Positions 42,120-51,091 of a stretch of 64,000 nucleotides of DNA are shown piece by piece. The translations under genes were made by a program, and so were the position numbers. The stretch is from an uncultured Acidobacteriota bacterium (GTDB lineage Bacteria > Acidobacteriota > JAQAZP01): contig CAWIIB010000009.1 of NCBI GenBank assembly GCA_963836075.1, forward strand, positions 1,408,001 through 1,472,000, read 5' to 3'. The notes under the pieces were generated by a model that was not told the origin of the DNA, searched no databases, and saw nothing but the letters and a program-made list of their open reading frames with translations. Within the stretch, counting starts at the first letter, position 1, and each line of letters opens with the position of its first letter.

Positions 42120-43086
42120 GCGCACCGCACTCGTGGAACTTTCGGTGGTCATCCCCACCTACAACCGGCTGGAGATTCTCCGTCGCGCCCTGCGGCTGCT
42201 GGCGGAGGAGGGGGAGGCCTTTGGCGCGCCCCACGAAGTGCTGCTGGTGGACGACGGCTCGACCGACGGCACCGCGGACTACCTGGCCGGCGATACCGTG
42301 CCGCGGGCCTCCACCGCACGGTTGCGGGTGATCAGCCAGGAGAATGCCGGTCCGGCCCGGGCCCGGAACCGCGGCGTGCAGGAAGCCGCCGGCGAACTGG
42401 TGCTCTTTCTCGGCGACGACATCCTGGTCACCCCGGGTCTGCTGGCCCTGCATGTGGAGGCTCACCGGTCCAGGAGCGGTTCCGGCGAGGTGGCGGTCCT
42501 CGGCCGCACCCTCTGGGCGCCGGAGATGCGTCCCAACGCTTTTCTCCGTTTTTTGATGGAGGGCGACCAGTTCGGTTTCAAGCACATCGAGGATCACGAA
42601 AACGTGCCCTATAATTTCTTTTACACCGCCAACGTCTCCCTGCGCCGCCAGGCGATGCTCGACGCCGGACTGTTCGACGAGAGCTTCCCCCACGCGGCCT
42701 GGGAGGATGTGGAACTCTGCTACCGGATGACCCGGGACGGGATGCGGCTGGTCTACGAACCACGGGCCCTGACCCACCACCTGCACCCCACCAGTCTCGC
42801 CTCCTTCTGCCGCCGCCGGGAACTGGTGGGGGTGGATGCGGTGCGGCTCTACCGCACACACCCGGAGACGGAAAAGATGCTCGCCTTCGACTGGCGACCC
42901 ACCGAGGACCCGGCACTCTGGAAACGGCGATCCGCGGAGTGGTTCGAGAGCACGTACGCCTGGCTGGAGCAGCGGCGGCTGGACCGCGGCCCGCTCTGGG
43001 CCTGGCGGTTTTTCTTCCGCCGCCTCTCCTGGTACCATTACTTCAAGGGCGTCCGGCAGGGGCTGGCTGAGGAGGATGGGCAGTGA
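42112..43086 (+). CDS. GT2 glycosyltransferase
   Basis: SVVIPTYNR, VDDGSTDGT, GPARARN, FLGDD, WEDVEL. Confidence 0.92.
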   Translation: MSERTALVELSVVIPTYNRLEILRRALRLLAEEGEAFGAPHEVLLVDDGSTDGTADYLAGDTVPRASTARLRVISQENAGPARARNRGVQEAAGELVLFLGDDILVTPGLLALHVEAHRSRSGSGEVAVLGRTLWAPEMRPNAFLRFLMEGDQFGFKHIEDHENVPYNFFYTANVSLRRQAMLDAGLFDESFPHAAWEDVELCYRMTRDGMRLVYEPRALTHHLHPTSLASFCRRRELVGVDAVRLYRTHPETEKMLAFDWRPTEDPALWKRRSAEWFESTYAWLEQRRLDRGPLWAWRFFFRRLSWYHYFKGVRQGLAEEDGQ

Positions 43087-44162
43087 TGTTTTCGATTATC
43101 GTTTTCAATTACAACGGCGGCACCCGGCTGGAAAACTGCCTGGCTGCACTGAAGTCGCTCCGGGCCCCCGAGGGGGCGGAGCTGGAGCGGCTGCTGGTGG
43201 ACGTCGACTCGGGCAGCGGGTTGGCCGAACGGATGAAGGCCCAGGATCCCGGGTTACGGCTGCTCAGCATGCCGGTGCGCCTCGGCCTCACCGAGTCGCT
43301 GAACCAGGCGGCCCGCGCCTCCGCCGGGCAGTACCTGGCCATGGTCCACTTCCACCAGGTGCTGCACCCCTCGTGGCTCACCGCCTGTTTCCAGCCCCTG
43401 GAGTCGGCGGGGGCCGCAGGGACACCAGCCTGCACCTTTTCCCACAGCGCCACCGACCTGGCCAGCGGGCGGGTCTGGGAGGCGGGTGACACCAGCGGTC
43501 TGACCGAGGTGCTCCACCCGTCCCCGGGGGCCATGCTGGTCGAGCGGGAAGCTTTTGTCGAATGCGGTGAATTCGACGGTGATTACTATGTTGCCGAGGA
43601 GAACGTGGACCTCGGTTTCCGGCTCTGGCAGCAGGGCCGGACCGTGGTGCGGGTGAGCGGCGACCTGGCCCGGTCCTCCGGGCCGGGGGTTATCGGCCAT
43701 TACGGCAAGGCTGAACAGTCCTTCTTCCACACACGCAACCGTCTGTTCACCGTGATCAAGAACTACGAACTGGACTCCATCTACCGCATTCTCCCCACCC
43801 TGCTGGTGGAAATGTTCAGCGATGTCTGGAGCCGTGCCGGTCTGGACTGGGAGCGCTACCGCTTTGAGCGGGCCGCGAAGAAGTTCGCTGGTGACGAGGC
43901 GAAGATCACCCCCGAGGCCGCGGCGGGACTGCTGGCTCTGGACGACCTGCTGGGCCGTTTCGACCGTCTGCGCTCCACCCGGCGGGCCGTCCAGGCGGCG
44001 CGCCGGCTTTCCGACGCCGAGATCTTTTCCCGGGTGCCCCACCCCTACGACACCCACCGGCCGTCGGAAGCCGGACCGGCGGAGTCCTCGCTCATCGAGC
44101 GCTTTCGCCTCCTGATGGAGGCGCTGGCCGAGGAGGATGGCGGAGGCGCAGCGCGGTCATGA
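43083..44162 (+). CDS. GT2-fold protein with degenerate catalytic motifs
   Basis: SIIVFNYNG and FDGDYYVAEENVDLGFRL align with the neighbouring GT2s, but FLNND is replaced by MVHFH. Confidence 0.78.
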   Translation: MMFSIIVFNYNGGTRLENCLAALKSLRAPEGAELERLLVDVDSGSGLAERMKAQDPGLRLLSMPVRLGLTESLNQAARASAGQYLAMVHFHQVLHPSWLTACFQPLESAGAAGTPACTFSHSATDLASGRVWEAGDTSGLTEVLHPSPGAMLVEREAFVECGEFDGDYYVAEENVDLGFRLWQQGRTVVRVSGDLARSSGPGVIGHYGKAEQSFFHTRNRLFTVIKNYELDSIYRILPTLLVEMFSDVWSRAGLDWERYRFERAAKKFAGDEAKITPEAAAGLLALDDLLGRFDRLRSTRRAVQAARRLSDAEIFSRVPHPYDTHRPSEAGPAESSLIERFRLLMEALAEEDGGGAARS

Positions 44163-46099
44163 TTCCAGGTGTTATCCAGTTCCGGGTTTCCACTGCCGCC
44201 TGTCTGCTGGCCGCCCTGCTGGTCCAGGGCTGCGGCGGCCGGGGAGTGCAGCCGGTGGAACTGGTGATCGACCGGCCGCTGGTGCTGCTGGCCGGCCATT
44301 TCCAGCCGCCGGCCACCCCGGAGGGGGAGGACCCACCTCCGGAGCGGCTGACCATCGACGGTGAGTGGCGCGAGGTGGTTCACGCCCACCCGCCATCGGT
44401 CCACCGCTTCCGGATGGTTCCCGGGCCCCAGACGCGCCTGCTCTTCGGCGCTGCGGTGAACCCCGCCGCCTGGCCATTGCTCCGCGGCGACGGTGTCCGC
44501 TTCTCCGTCTCCGTCACCGGGGGCAGCCATCCGGCGGACCCGGCATGGGAGCGGCTGGTGAACCCGCGGGGTAACCCGGAGGACCGGCACTGGTTCGACG
44601 GTGACCTGGACCTCTCGGCCTGGGCCGGTGAGCCGGTGACCGTGGAACTGCGTACCGCGGCGGGGCCGGAAGGGGACGAGGAGTTCGACTGGGCGGTCTG
44701 GAGCGACCCACGCCTGGTCTCCGGGCCGGAGGCCCGTGAGACCCACCCGGAAAACCTGGTCCTGATCACCGCCGACACCCTGCGCGCCGACCACCTCGGC
44801 TGCTATGGCGCTGACCTGCCGCGCACACCGCACCTCGACCGGCTGGCCCGGAGCGGGGCCCAGTTCACCCGCGCCTGGAGCCAGTTCAACACCACCACCG
44901 CCTCCCACTGCTCGATCATGACCTCGCTCTACGGGCCCTCCCACGGAGTGGTGGACAACCTGATGACCCTGCACCAGAGCCGCCTGACCCTGGCCGAGCT
45001 GCTCACCGCCGAGGGCTATTACTGCGGGGCGGTGACCAGCGTGGCCCACCTCGACCCCGCACTGTCGGGCCTGGGGCAGGGGTTCCGTTCCTTCAATGCC
45101 GTGGAGCATGAACGTCTGGCTGAAGACGCGGTGACCACGGCCGCGGCCTGGCTGGACCGCAACGGGAGCAGCCCCTTCTTTCTCTGGCTGCACCTGTTTG
45201 ATCCGCACATCTTTTATGACCCGGGGAGTGAATACCTCCCCCGGCGCGCGGCGGTGGACTGCGGGAACTGGCCGGAGATCATCCGCCGGCAGGAGGAGAT
45301 GCGGGCCGCCGAACTGGCTGCCGGCGGCAGGCTCCGGGCCTACCAGTGGGACGGCCCCTTCTTCATGAACGATGCGATGCGGGCGGAACTGCTGCAGGAG
45401 CAGCGACGTGACCTTCCGGGGCGGGCCTATGCCGGGGAAGTGGCCTATCTCGATTTCTGCATCGGCCGGTTGATGGCACTGCTGGGGACGCTGGGTCTCG
45501 AGGAGAGTACGGCGGTGGTCTTCGTGGCCGACCACGGTGAGAGCCTCGGCGAACACGAGATTTACTTCGACCACCGTGGGTTGTACGATGTGAGCCTTCA
45601 GGTTCCCCTGCTGATGCGGTTGCCCCGCATCGCGGGCCGGGACCTGGTGGAATCTAATCTGGTGGAGACGGTGGACATTCTCCCCACCTGCTGTCAGGCC
45701 CTGGGGTTGGCAGCGCCGGAGGGTGTCCAGGGCCAGAGCCTGCTGCCCCTGCTGGAAGGTGGAGCGCCAGGCGGTCTGCGTGGAGCGGTGTTCGCCCAGC
45801 ACGCCGACAGCCTGGCCTACACCGTCTCCGACGGAACCTGGAAGCTGATCGCCATGGAGAGCGACCAGCCGATGATCACCGCCAGCGGCGGCGACGAGCT
45901 GTACAACCTGGCCGAGGACCCCGGGGAGACGCGCAACCTCCTGCGCGAAAACCCCGAGGAAATGGTGCGCCTGGCGCAGATGCTCCAGCGCTGGCTGACC
46001 CTCACCGTCCGGGACGACCTGCCCGACAGGCCGGCGCTCCCGGCGGAGGAGATGGCCAGGCGAGAGGAAAAGCTGAAAGCGCTCGGCTACCTCCAGTGA
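44159..46099 (+). CDS. Sulfatase-fold (alkaline phosphatase superfamily) lipoprotein, Thr-type
   Basis: Lipobox LVQGC, DTLRAD, TTASHCSIMTS, ADHGE, ELYNL..DPGE, KLKALGYL. Confidence 0.88.
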   Translation: MIPGVIQFRVSTAACLLAALLVQGCGGRGVQPVELVIDRPLVLLAGHFQPPATPEGEDPPPERLTIDGEWREVVHAHPPSVHRFRMVPGPQTRLLFGAAVNPAAWPLLRGDGVRFSVSVTGGSHPADPAWERLVNPRGNPEDRHWFDGDLDLSAWAGEPVTVELRTAAGPEGDEEFDWAVWSDPRLVSGPEARETHPENLVLITADTLRADHLGCYGADLPRTPHLDRLARSGAQFTRAWSQFNTTTASHCSIMTSLYGPSHGVVDNLMTLHQSRLTLAELLTAEGYYCGAVTSVAHLDPALSGLGQGFRSFNAVEHERLAEDAVTTAAAWLDRNGSSPFFLWLHLFDPHIFYDPGSEYLPRRAAVDCGNWPEIIRRQEEMRAAELAAGGRLRAYQWDGPFFMNDAMRAELLQEQRRDLPGRAYAGEVAYLDFCIGRLMALLGTLGLEESTAVVFVADHGESLGEHEIYFDHRGLYDVSLQVPLLMRLPRIAGRDLVESNLVETVDILPTCCQALGLAAPEGVQGQSLLPLLEGGAPGGLRGAVFAQHADSLAYTVSDGTWKLIAMESDQPMITASGGDELYNLAEDPGETRNLLRENPEEMVRLAQMLQRWLTLTVRDDLPDRPALPAEEMARREEKLKALGYLQ

Positions 46100-46116
46100 G
46101 CGCGGATGCCTGAGAA

Positions 46117-49100
46117 ATGAAGAACGGACCGACAGCTGAACAGAACGGGAACGGATCGGGCTCGATGCCCGGCCGCGACGGGCGGGAGCACGTGGCCTGC
46201 AACCTCTGCGGGGCGGACCTGCCCGAAATCCTCTTCGAGAAGCAGGGCTACCCCATTGTCCGCTGCACCCGCTGCGGGCTGGTCTACGTCAACCCGCGGC
46301 CGGCCAAGGAGGAACTCTTCTCCCGCTATTCGGACGAGTATTTCGAGAAGGAATACATCCCCTCCATGGAGTCGGTGCTCCACGAACTGCTGGGCTATCA
46401 TGATCCGATCCTGAGCCGGATCAAGGAGTTCAAAAAGAACGGCCGCCTTTTCGACGTGGGGTGCGGGCCGGCCTTTTTCCTTCACCGGGCCATCGACTTC
46501 GGCTGGGAGGTGGGTGGATGCGACATCTCGAGCTTTGCCCAGCGGTACGCCCGGGAGCAATTCGGTATCGATATCCACTGCGGCGAAATTTCCAGCCTCG
46601 ACCTGCCGGCGGAACATTTCGACGCGGTGACCTACCTCGATGTGGTGGAGCACCTGCGAGACCCCAAGGCCGACCTGGCGGTCGGCTACCGGATGGTGCG
46701 CGAGGGCGGAGTGATGGTGGTTTCCTCGCCAAACGTGGACGGCCCATCGTTTCAGAATCTCGGCCCGCGATGGGATGTCATCGGGCCCGAAGAGCACATC
46801 TACTACTTCGGCCCGGAGACCATCACCCGGATGATGATGGATGTGGGGTTCAGCGACGTGGACGTGGACACCGACCGCGACATCTTCATCCTCTACGGCT
46901 GGAAGAAGGAGGGCCGGACCCGCGGGGTGCGGGTGCTTCCCGAGCAGGGGCTGCCCGCGGTATCGGTGATCGTGCTCAACTGGAACGGCAGGGAGCACCT
47001 GCGGGAGTGCCTCCGTTCTCTGGAGGCTCTGGACTATCCCGGGGAGAAGCTGGAGATCCTGGTGCTGGACAACGGCTCCACCGATGGTTCGGTGGAGTAT
47101 ATCCGCAAGACCCATCCCGGCGTGCGCCTGCTGGAGAACCGGGAGAACCTCGGGTTTGCCGGACCGAACAACCGCGCCGCCGCCGAAGCCCGGGGCCGCT
47201 GTCTCGCTTTCCTGAACAACGACATGCGGGTCCGCGAGGACTGGCTCCGGCGGCTGGTGGAGCAGCTGGACCCGCAGCGCCAGGTTTCCTGCGTGGCCTC
47301 CCGGGTCCTCTCCTGGGACGGTACGAGTATCGACTTTGTCGATGCCGGCATCAGTTTCGAGGGCAAGGGGTTCCAGGAGCATTTCCAGAGCAAGGAGCTC
47401 TACCGCCACCAGGAAGTCAAGGAGGTGGTCTTCCCCAACGGCGGCGCCTTCCTGGTCACCAGGGAGGCCTTCGAGGAGGCCGGCGGGTTCGACGAGGACT
47501 ACTTCGCCTACTACGAGGACGTGGACCTCGGCTGGCGCCTGCGGCTGCAGGGCCAGCGGGTGGTGGTGGCCCCCGACGCGGTGGCCTACCACCGGCACGG
47601 CGCCTCCTCGGCGTCACTGCCCGCCGAGGTCAAGCAGTTCCACCTCGAGCGCAACGCCCTCTACTCGGTGCTCAAGAACTACAGCGCCGGATCGCTGCGG
47701 CGTCTGCTGGCCCCGGTGCTGATGCTGCAGGCCAAGCGGGCGATGAACATGTCCGGGCTCACCTTCCACCAGCTGCTCAAGCGGGAGGATACCTGGTTCA
47801 ACCGCCCGGATTTCATGCGCGCCGCCAAGAAGAGCCGGTTGGCGGCCTTTCCCCTGGCCGCCATGAGTGAGGTGTTCCAGCGCCTGGACCGGGTGCTGGA
47901 GCGCCGGGAGGAGGTCCAGGCCGGGCGCCGGGTCACCGACGACAAGGTGCTCTCCACCTTCGGTTCAGAACTGCGGCCGGCCTGCCCGGTGCCGATGCAG
48001 GAGGAATACAACCGCACCCAGGCCCGGCTGCTGCAGTTCATGGACGCTCACACCTGCTTCCTGCCCGCGGGCAAGCGGAGCCGGATTCTCGTCGTGACCC
48101 ACGAGACCCTGGGCACCGACCTGGCCGGTCCGGCGATCCGTGCGGTGGAAATGGGACGGGCGCTCTCCCGCGAGTTCGAGGTAGTGCTGGCCACCCCGCG
48201 GCGGATATTCAACACCGGTGAGCTGCCCTTCCGGGTGGCCACCTACCACATCGGTGACGAACAGTCGCTGCGCACGCTCTGCGAGCTGGTGGACGTGATC
48301 CTGATCCAGGGCTTCACCCTGCAGCGCTTCCCCTTTCTGCACTCCATCGACAAGCCGCTGGTGGTGGACCTCTTCTGTCCCTTCAGCCTGGAAAATCTCG
48401 AGTACCGGGAAACCACGTCCAGCGACGAAGACTTGAAATACGGCCAGTACTCCAATGACCTCGCCGTGGTCAACGAGCAACTGGGGGCGGCCGATTTCTT
48501 CATCTGCGCCACGGAGAAGCAGCGCGATTTCTGGCTGGGCATGCTCCACGCCCTGAACCGCATCACCCCGGCCAACTACCGCAACGACAAGAGCCTCTAC
48601 AACCTGCTCTCCGTGGTCCCCTTCGGCCTGCCCAACCACCCGCCGGTGAAGAGCCGGCCGGCAATCAAGGGGGTGGTCCCCGGCATCGGAACCGGGGACA
48701 AGGTGCTGCTCTGGGGCGGCAGCCTGCTCAACTGGCAGGACCCGCTGACCCTGATCAAGGCCATGGGCCACATCGCCGCCCGGCGGGAGGATCTCAAGCT
48801 CTTTTTCATGGGGGTGCGGCACCCCAATCCCGAAGTGCCGCCGATGACCATCGTCAAGGAGTCGCGGAAGCTGGCCGACCGCCTGGGGCTCACCGACCGG
48901 ACGGTCTTTTTCAACGACTGGGTGCCCTACGGGGAGCGGGCCGACTACCTGCTGGAGTCGGACCTCGGCGTCTGCACCCACCGGGGTCACCTGGAGACCC
49001 GATTCTCCTTCCGCACCCGGCTGCTGGACTGTGTCTGGTCCGGCGTGCCGATGGTGGTCACCGAGGGGGATACCTTCGCCGACCTGGTCAGTTCCCGCGG

Positions 49101-49869
49101 ACTGGGGCTCACCGTGCCCCAGGGAGACCCCCAGGCCCTGGCCGACGCGCTGCTGGCGGCGGTGGAGGACCAGGCTCTGCGGCAGCGCTGGAAAGACAAC
49201 CTGGCCGCCTTTGCCCCGGAACTCTCCTGGGACCGGGTGGTGGAGCCGCTGGCCCAGTTCTGCCGCCGCCCGGTGTTTGCCCGGGACAAGTCGGAGTGGC
49301 CGGCCGAGGTCCAGACCACCCTGCGCCGGAGCATCGGCAGCGGCATGGAGTTGAACCTGAGCATCGCACCGGAGCGGATGGAACGGTTGAAAAAGGGTAC
49401 GCTGGGCTCGCTGATCCGGCGGGGCCTGGCCATCGGCGGAAAACTGACCAGTCGTCGCCGTTCGCCGGTGGCCGGCGAGATCAGGGGCCGCCGAAAAGTG
49501 GCCCAGGCATTCATCGCCGAGCGGGACAACCTGAAGGGGATCAATGTCAACATGGCCACCTTCGCCCGCATCAACAACCATGATGTGATCTTCAGGCTTT
49601 TTGCCGGGCAGGAGGGCGAGGAGATCGCCACCATCATCATCAACGCTTCGCGCATTCTGGACAACCGGTTCCACCCCTTCCACTTCGACCCGATTCTCGA
49701 CTCGCGGGGGCACCTCTTCCGTTTCACCCTCGAGTCGCCGGAATCGTCACCTGGTGACGCGGTCACCGCCTGGATCGACTACGCCGCGCCATCGGGCAAG
49801 GAGGAGGTGCTGCGGATCAACGGCCGCCGGCGTCCCGGCAGGCTCAGCTTCAAGGCCTACTACGCCTGA
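46117..49869 (+). CDS. Multidomain glycan synthase: Zn-ribbon methyltransferase + GT2 + GT4 + C-terminal beta-sandwich
   Basis: CNLC/CTRC, FDVGCG; VLNWNG, DNGSTD, FLNND, YEDVDL; LAGPAIR, WGG..WQDP, SFRTRLLD. Confidence 0.92.
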   Translation: MKNGPTAEQNGNGSGSMPGRDGREHVACNLCGADLPEILFEKQGYPIVRCTRCGLVYVNPRPAKEELFSRYSDEYFEKEYIPSMESVLHELLGYHDPILSRIKEFKKNGRLFDVGCGPAFFLHRAIDFGWEVGGCDISSFAQRYAREQFGIDIHCGEISSLDLPAEHFDAVTYLDVVEHLRDPKADLAVGYRMVREGGVMVVSSPNVDGPSFQNLGPRWDVIGPEEHIYYFGPETITRMMMDVGFSDVDVDTDRDIFILYGWKKEGRTRGVRVLPEQGLPAVSVIVLNWNGREHLRECLRSLEALDYPGEKLEILVLDNGSTDGSVEYIRKTHPGVRLLENRENLGFAGPNNRAAAEARGRCLAFLNNDMRVREDWLRRLVEQLDPQRQVSCVASRVLSWDGTSIDFVDAGISFEGKGFQEHFQSKELYRHQEVKEVVFPNGGAFLVTREAFEEAGGFDEDYFAYYEDVDLGWRLRLQGQRVVVAPDAVAYHRHGASSASLPAEVKQFHLERNALYSVLKNYSAGSLRRLLAPVLMLQAKRAMNMSGLTFHQLLKREDTWFNRPDFMRAAKKSRLAAFPLAAMSEVFQRLDRVLERREEVQAGRRVTDDKVLSTFGSELRPACPVPMQEEYNRTQARLLQFMDAHTCFLPAGKRSRILVVTHETLGTDLAGPAIRAVEMGRALSREFEVVLATPRRIFNTGELPFRVATYHIGDEQSLRTLCELVDVILIQGFTLQRFPFLHSIDKPLVVDLFCPFSLENLEYRETTSSDEDLKYGQYSNDLAVVNEQLGAADFFICATEKQRDFWLGMLHALNRITPANYRNDKSLYNLLSVVPFGLPNHPPVKSRPAIKGVVPGIGTGDKVLLWGGSLLNWQDPLTLIKAMGHIAARREDLKLFFMGVRHPNPEVPPMTIVKESRKLADRLGLTDRTVFFNDWVPYGERADYLLESDLGVCTHRGHLETRFSFRTRLLDCVWSGVPMVVTEGDTFADLVSSRGLGLTVPQGDPQALADALLAAVEDQALRQRWKDNLAAFAPELSWDRVVEPLAQFCRRPVFARDKSEWPAEVQTTLRRSIGSGMELNLSIAPERMERLKKGTLGSLIRRGLAIGGKLTSRRRSPVAGEIRGRRKVAQAFIAERDNLKGINVNMATFARINNHDVIFRLFAGQEGEEIATIIINASRILDNRFHPFHFDPILDSRGHLFRFTLESPESSPGDAVTAWIDYAAPSGKEEVLRINGRRRPGRLSFKAYYA

Positions 49870-49885
49870 TGGAGGATGACCACCG

Positions 49886-51091
49886 GTGAACCCCTCGCTG
49901 ATCCACCGCCTGATCTGTCCCTACTGCCGCACGCACGGTCTGGGCCTCTACGTGCTGGAGGACGAGCCGCGGGCCGGAGCGGGAGAGCCGGGTGCGGAAC
50001 AGCAGGGGGAGGTGTCGGCCGGACTGATCTCCTGTGGCGGCTGCGGCCGCTTTTTCCGCATCGAGGCCGGTGTGCCGTCGCTGATCTTCGGCGGCGACGG
50101 CGGCTGGCTCGCACCCTTCCTGGCCCGCTGGGGCGATGAGCTGGAAGGGCGGCTGGACCGCACCCTGCCCCGTGACGACTCCCTGGACGAGGTGCTTGCC
50201 GACGGCGATTTCTGGGCCCGGTTCTACCGCCAGGCCATGGAGCGCGGCTATCTCCACTTCCTCGATGTCCAGCAGCCGCTGGCCCCGCTCTACCTCCACG
50301 GCGTGCTGGAAACGCTCCATTTCTCCGGTCCGGATGGCCGTTTCAACTTCGAGCACCAGCCCTTTCTCAAGCAGGTGCTCAGCAGCCTGACCCGGGGGGC
50401 CGGGGCGTTGCCGCCGGGCGGCAGCCTGCTGGAGCTGGGCTGTGGTTCGGGGTGGCTCTGTCTCGAGCTGGCCCGGCGGGGACTGCGGCCGGTGGGTCTG
50501 GACACCGGTTTCCAGTCGCTGGTCCTGGCCCGGCTCTACGCCAGGCAGCAGGGGCTGGACATCGACTACGTTCACGCCGACGGCGGCCGGCTGCCCTTTG
50601 CCCCCCGGAGCTTCGACGGCCTGGTGGGCTTCCAGGCCCTGCACCACATCCCCCGCCTGCTGGAAACGGCCCGTCACCTGCGCACCATACTGCAGCCCGA
50701 CGCGCCGGTGGTGATCTTCGAGCACCGTGCCGAACGGACGCCACGGCTGCAGCGGTTTGCCGAGAACCTGCACCAGCGGCTCCTCCTGCGGGTGGGCGGC
50801 CGCTACCTGATCCACTCCATCTTTCCCTCCCGGGCGTCGGCAAACGAGGACTGTTCGCTGGACCAGGTGGACGAGATGCTGGACGGGTTCCGCTCCCTGC
50901 GGCGCAGGCGCTACTACCTCTTCCTCCAGGACCTGCCGGGGTTTGCCTACCTGCTGGTGGGGCGCAGCCGGCTGGTGTTCAGACTCACGGCGGCAATGAC
51001 CAACGGGGTGGACCGGCTCTTCTCGCTGTTCCGGCCCTCGACCTGCGAGCACATCCTCCAGGTGGGACGGAACCGTGGGGAAACGGGATGA
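49886..51091 (+). CDS. Trm112-like Zn finger fused to a class I SAM methyltransferase
   Basis: LICPYC...CGGCGRFFRIEAGVP; LELGCGSG, LPFAPRSFD, ALHH. Confidence 0.85.
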   Translation: MNPSLIHRLICPYCRTHGLGLYVLEDEPRAGAGEPGAEQQGEVSAGLISCGGCGRFFRIEAGVPSLIFGGDGGWLAPFLARWGDELEGRLDRTLPRDDSLDEVLADGDFWARFYRQAMERGYLHFLDVQQPLAPLYLHGVLETLHFSGPDGRFNFEHQPFLKQVLSSLTRGAGALPPGGSLLELGCGSGWLCLELARRGLRPVGLDTGFQSLVLARLYARQQGLDIDYVHADGGRLPFAPRSFDGLVGFQALHHIPRLLETARHLRTILQPDAPVVIFEHRAERTPRLQRFAENLHQRLLLRVGGRYLIHSIFPSRASANEDCSLDQVDEMLDGFRSLRRRRYYLFLQDLPGFAYLLVGRSRLVFRLTAAMTNGVDRLFSLFRPSTCEHILQVGRNRGETG

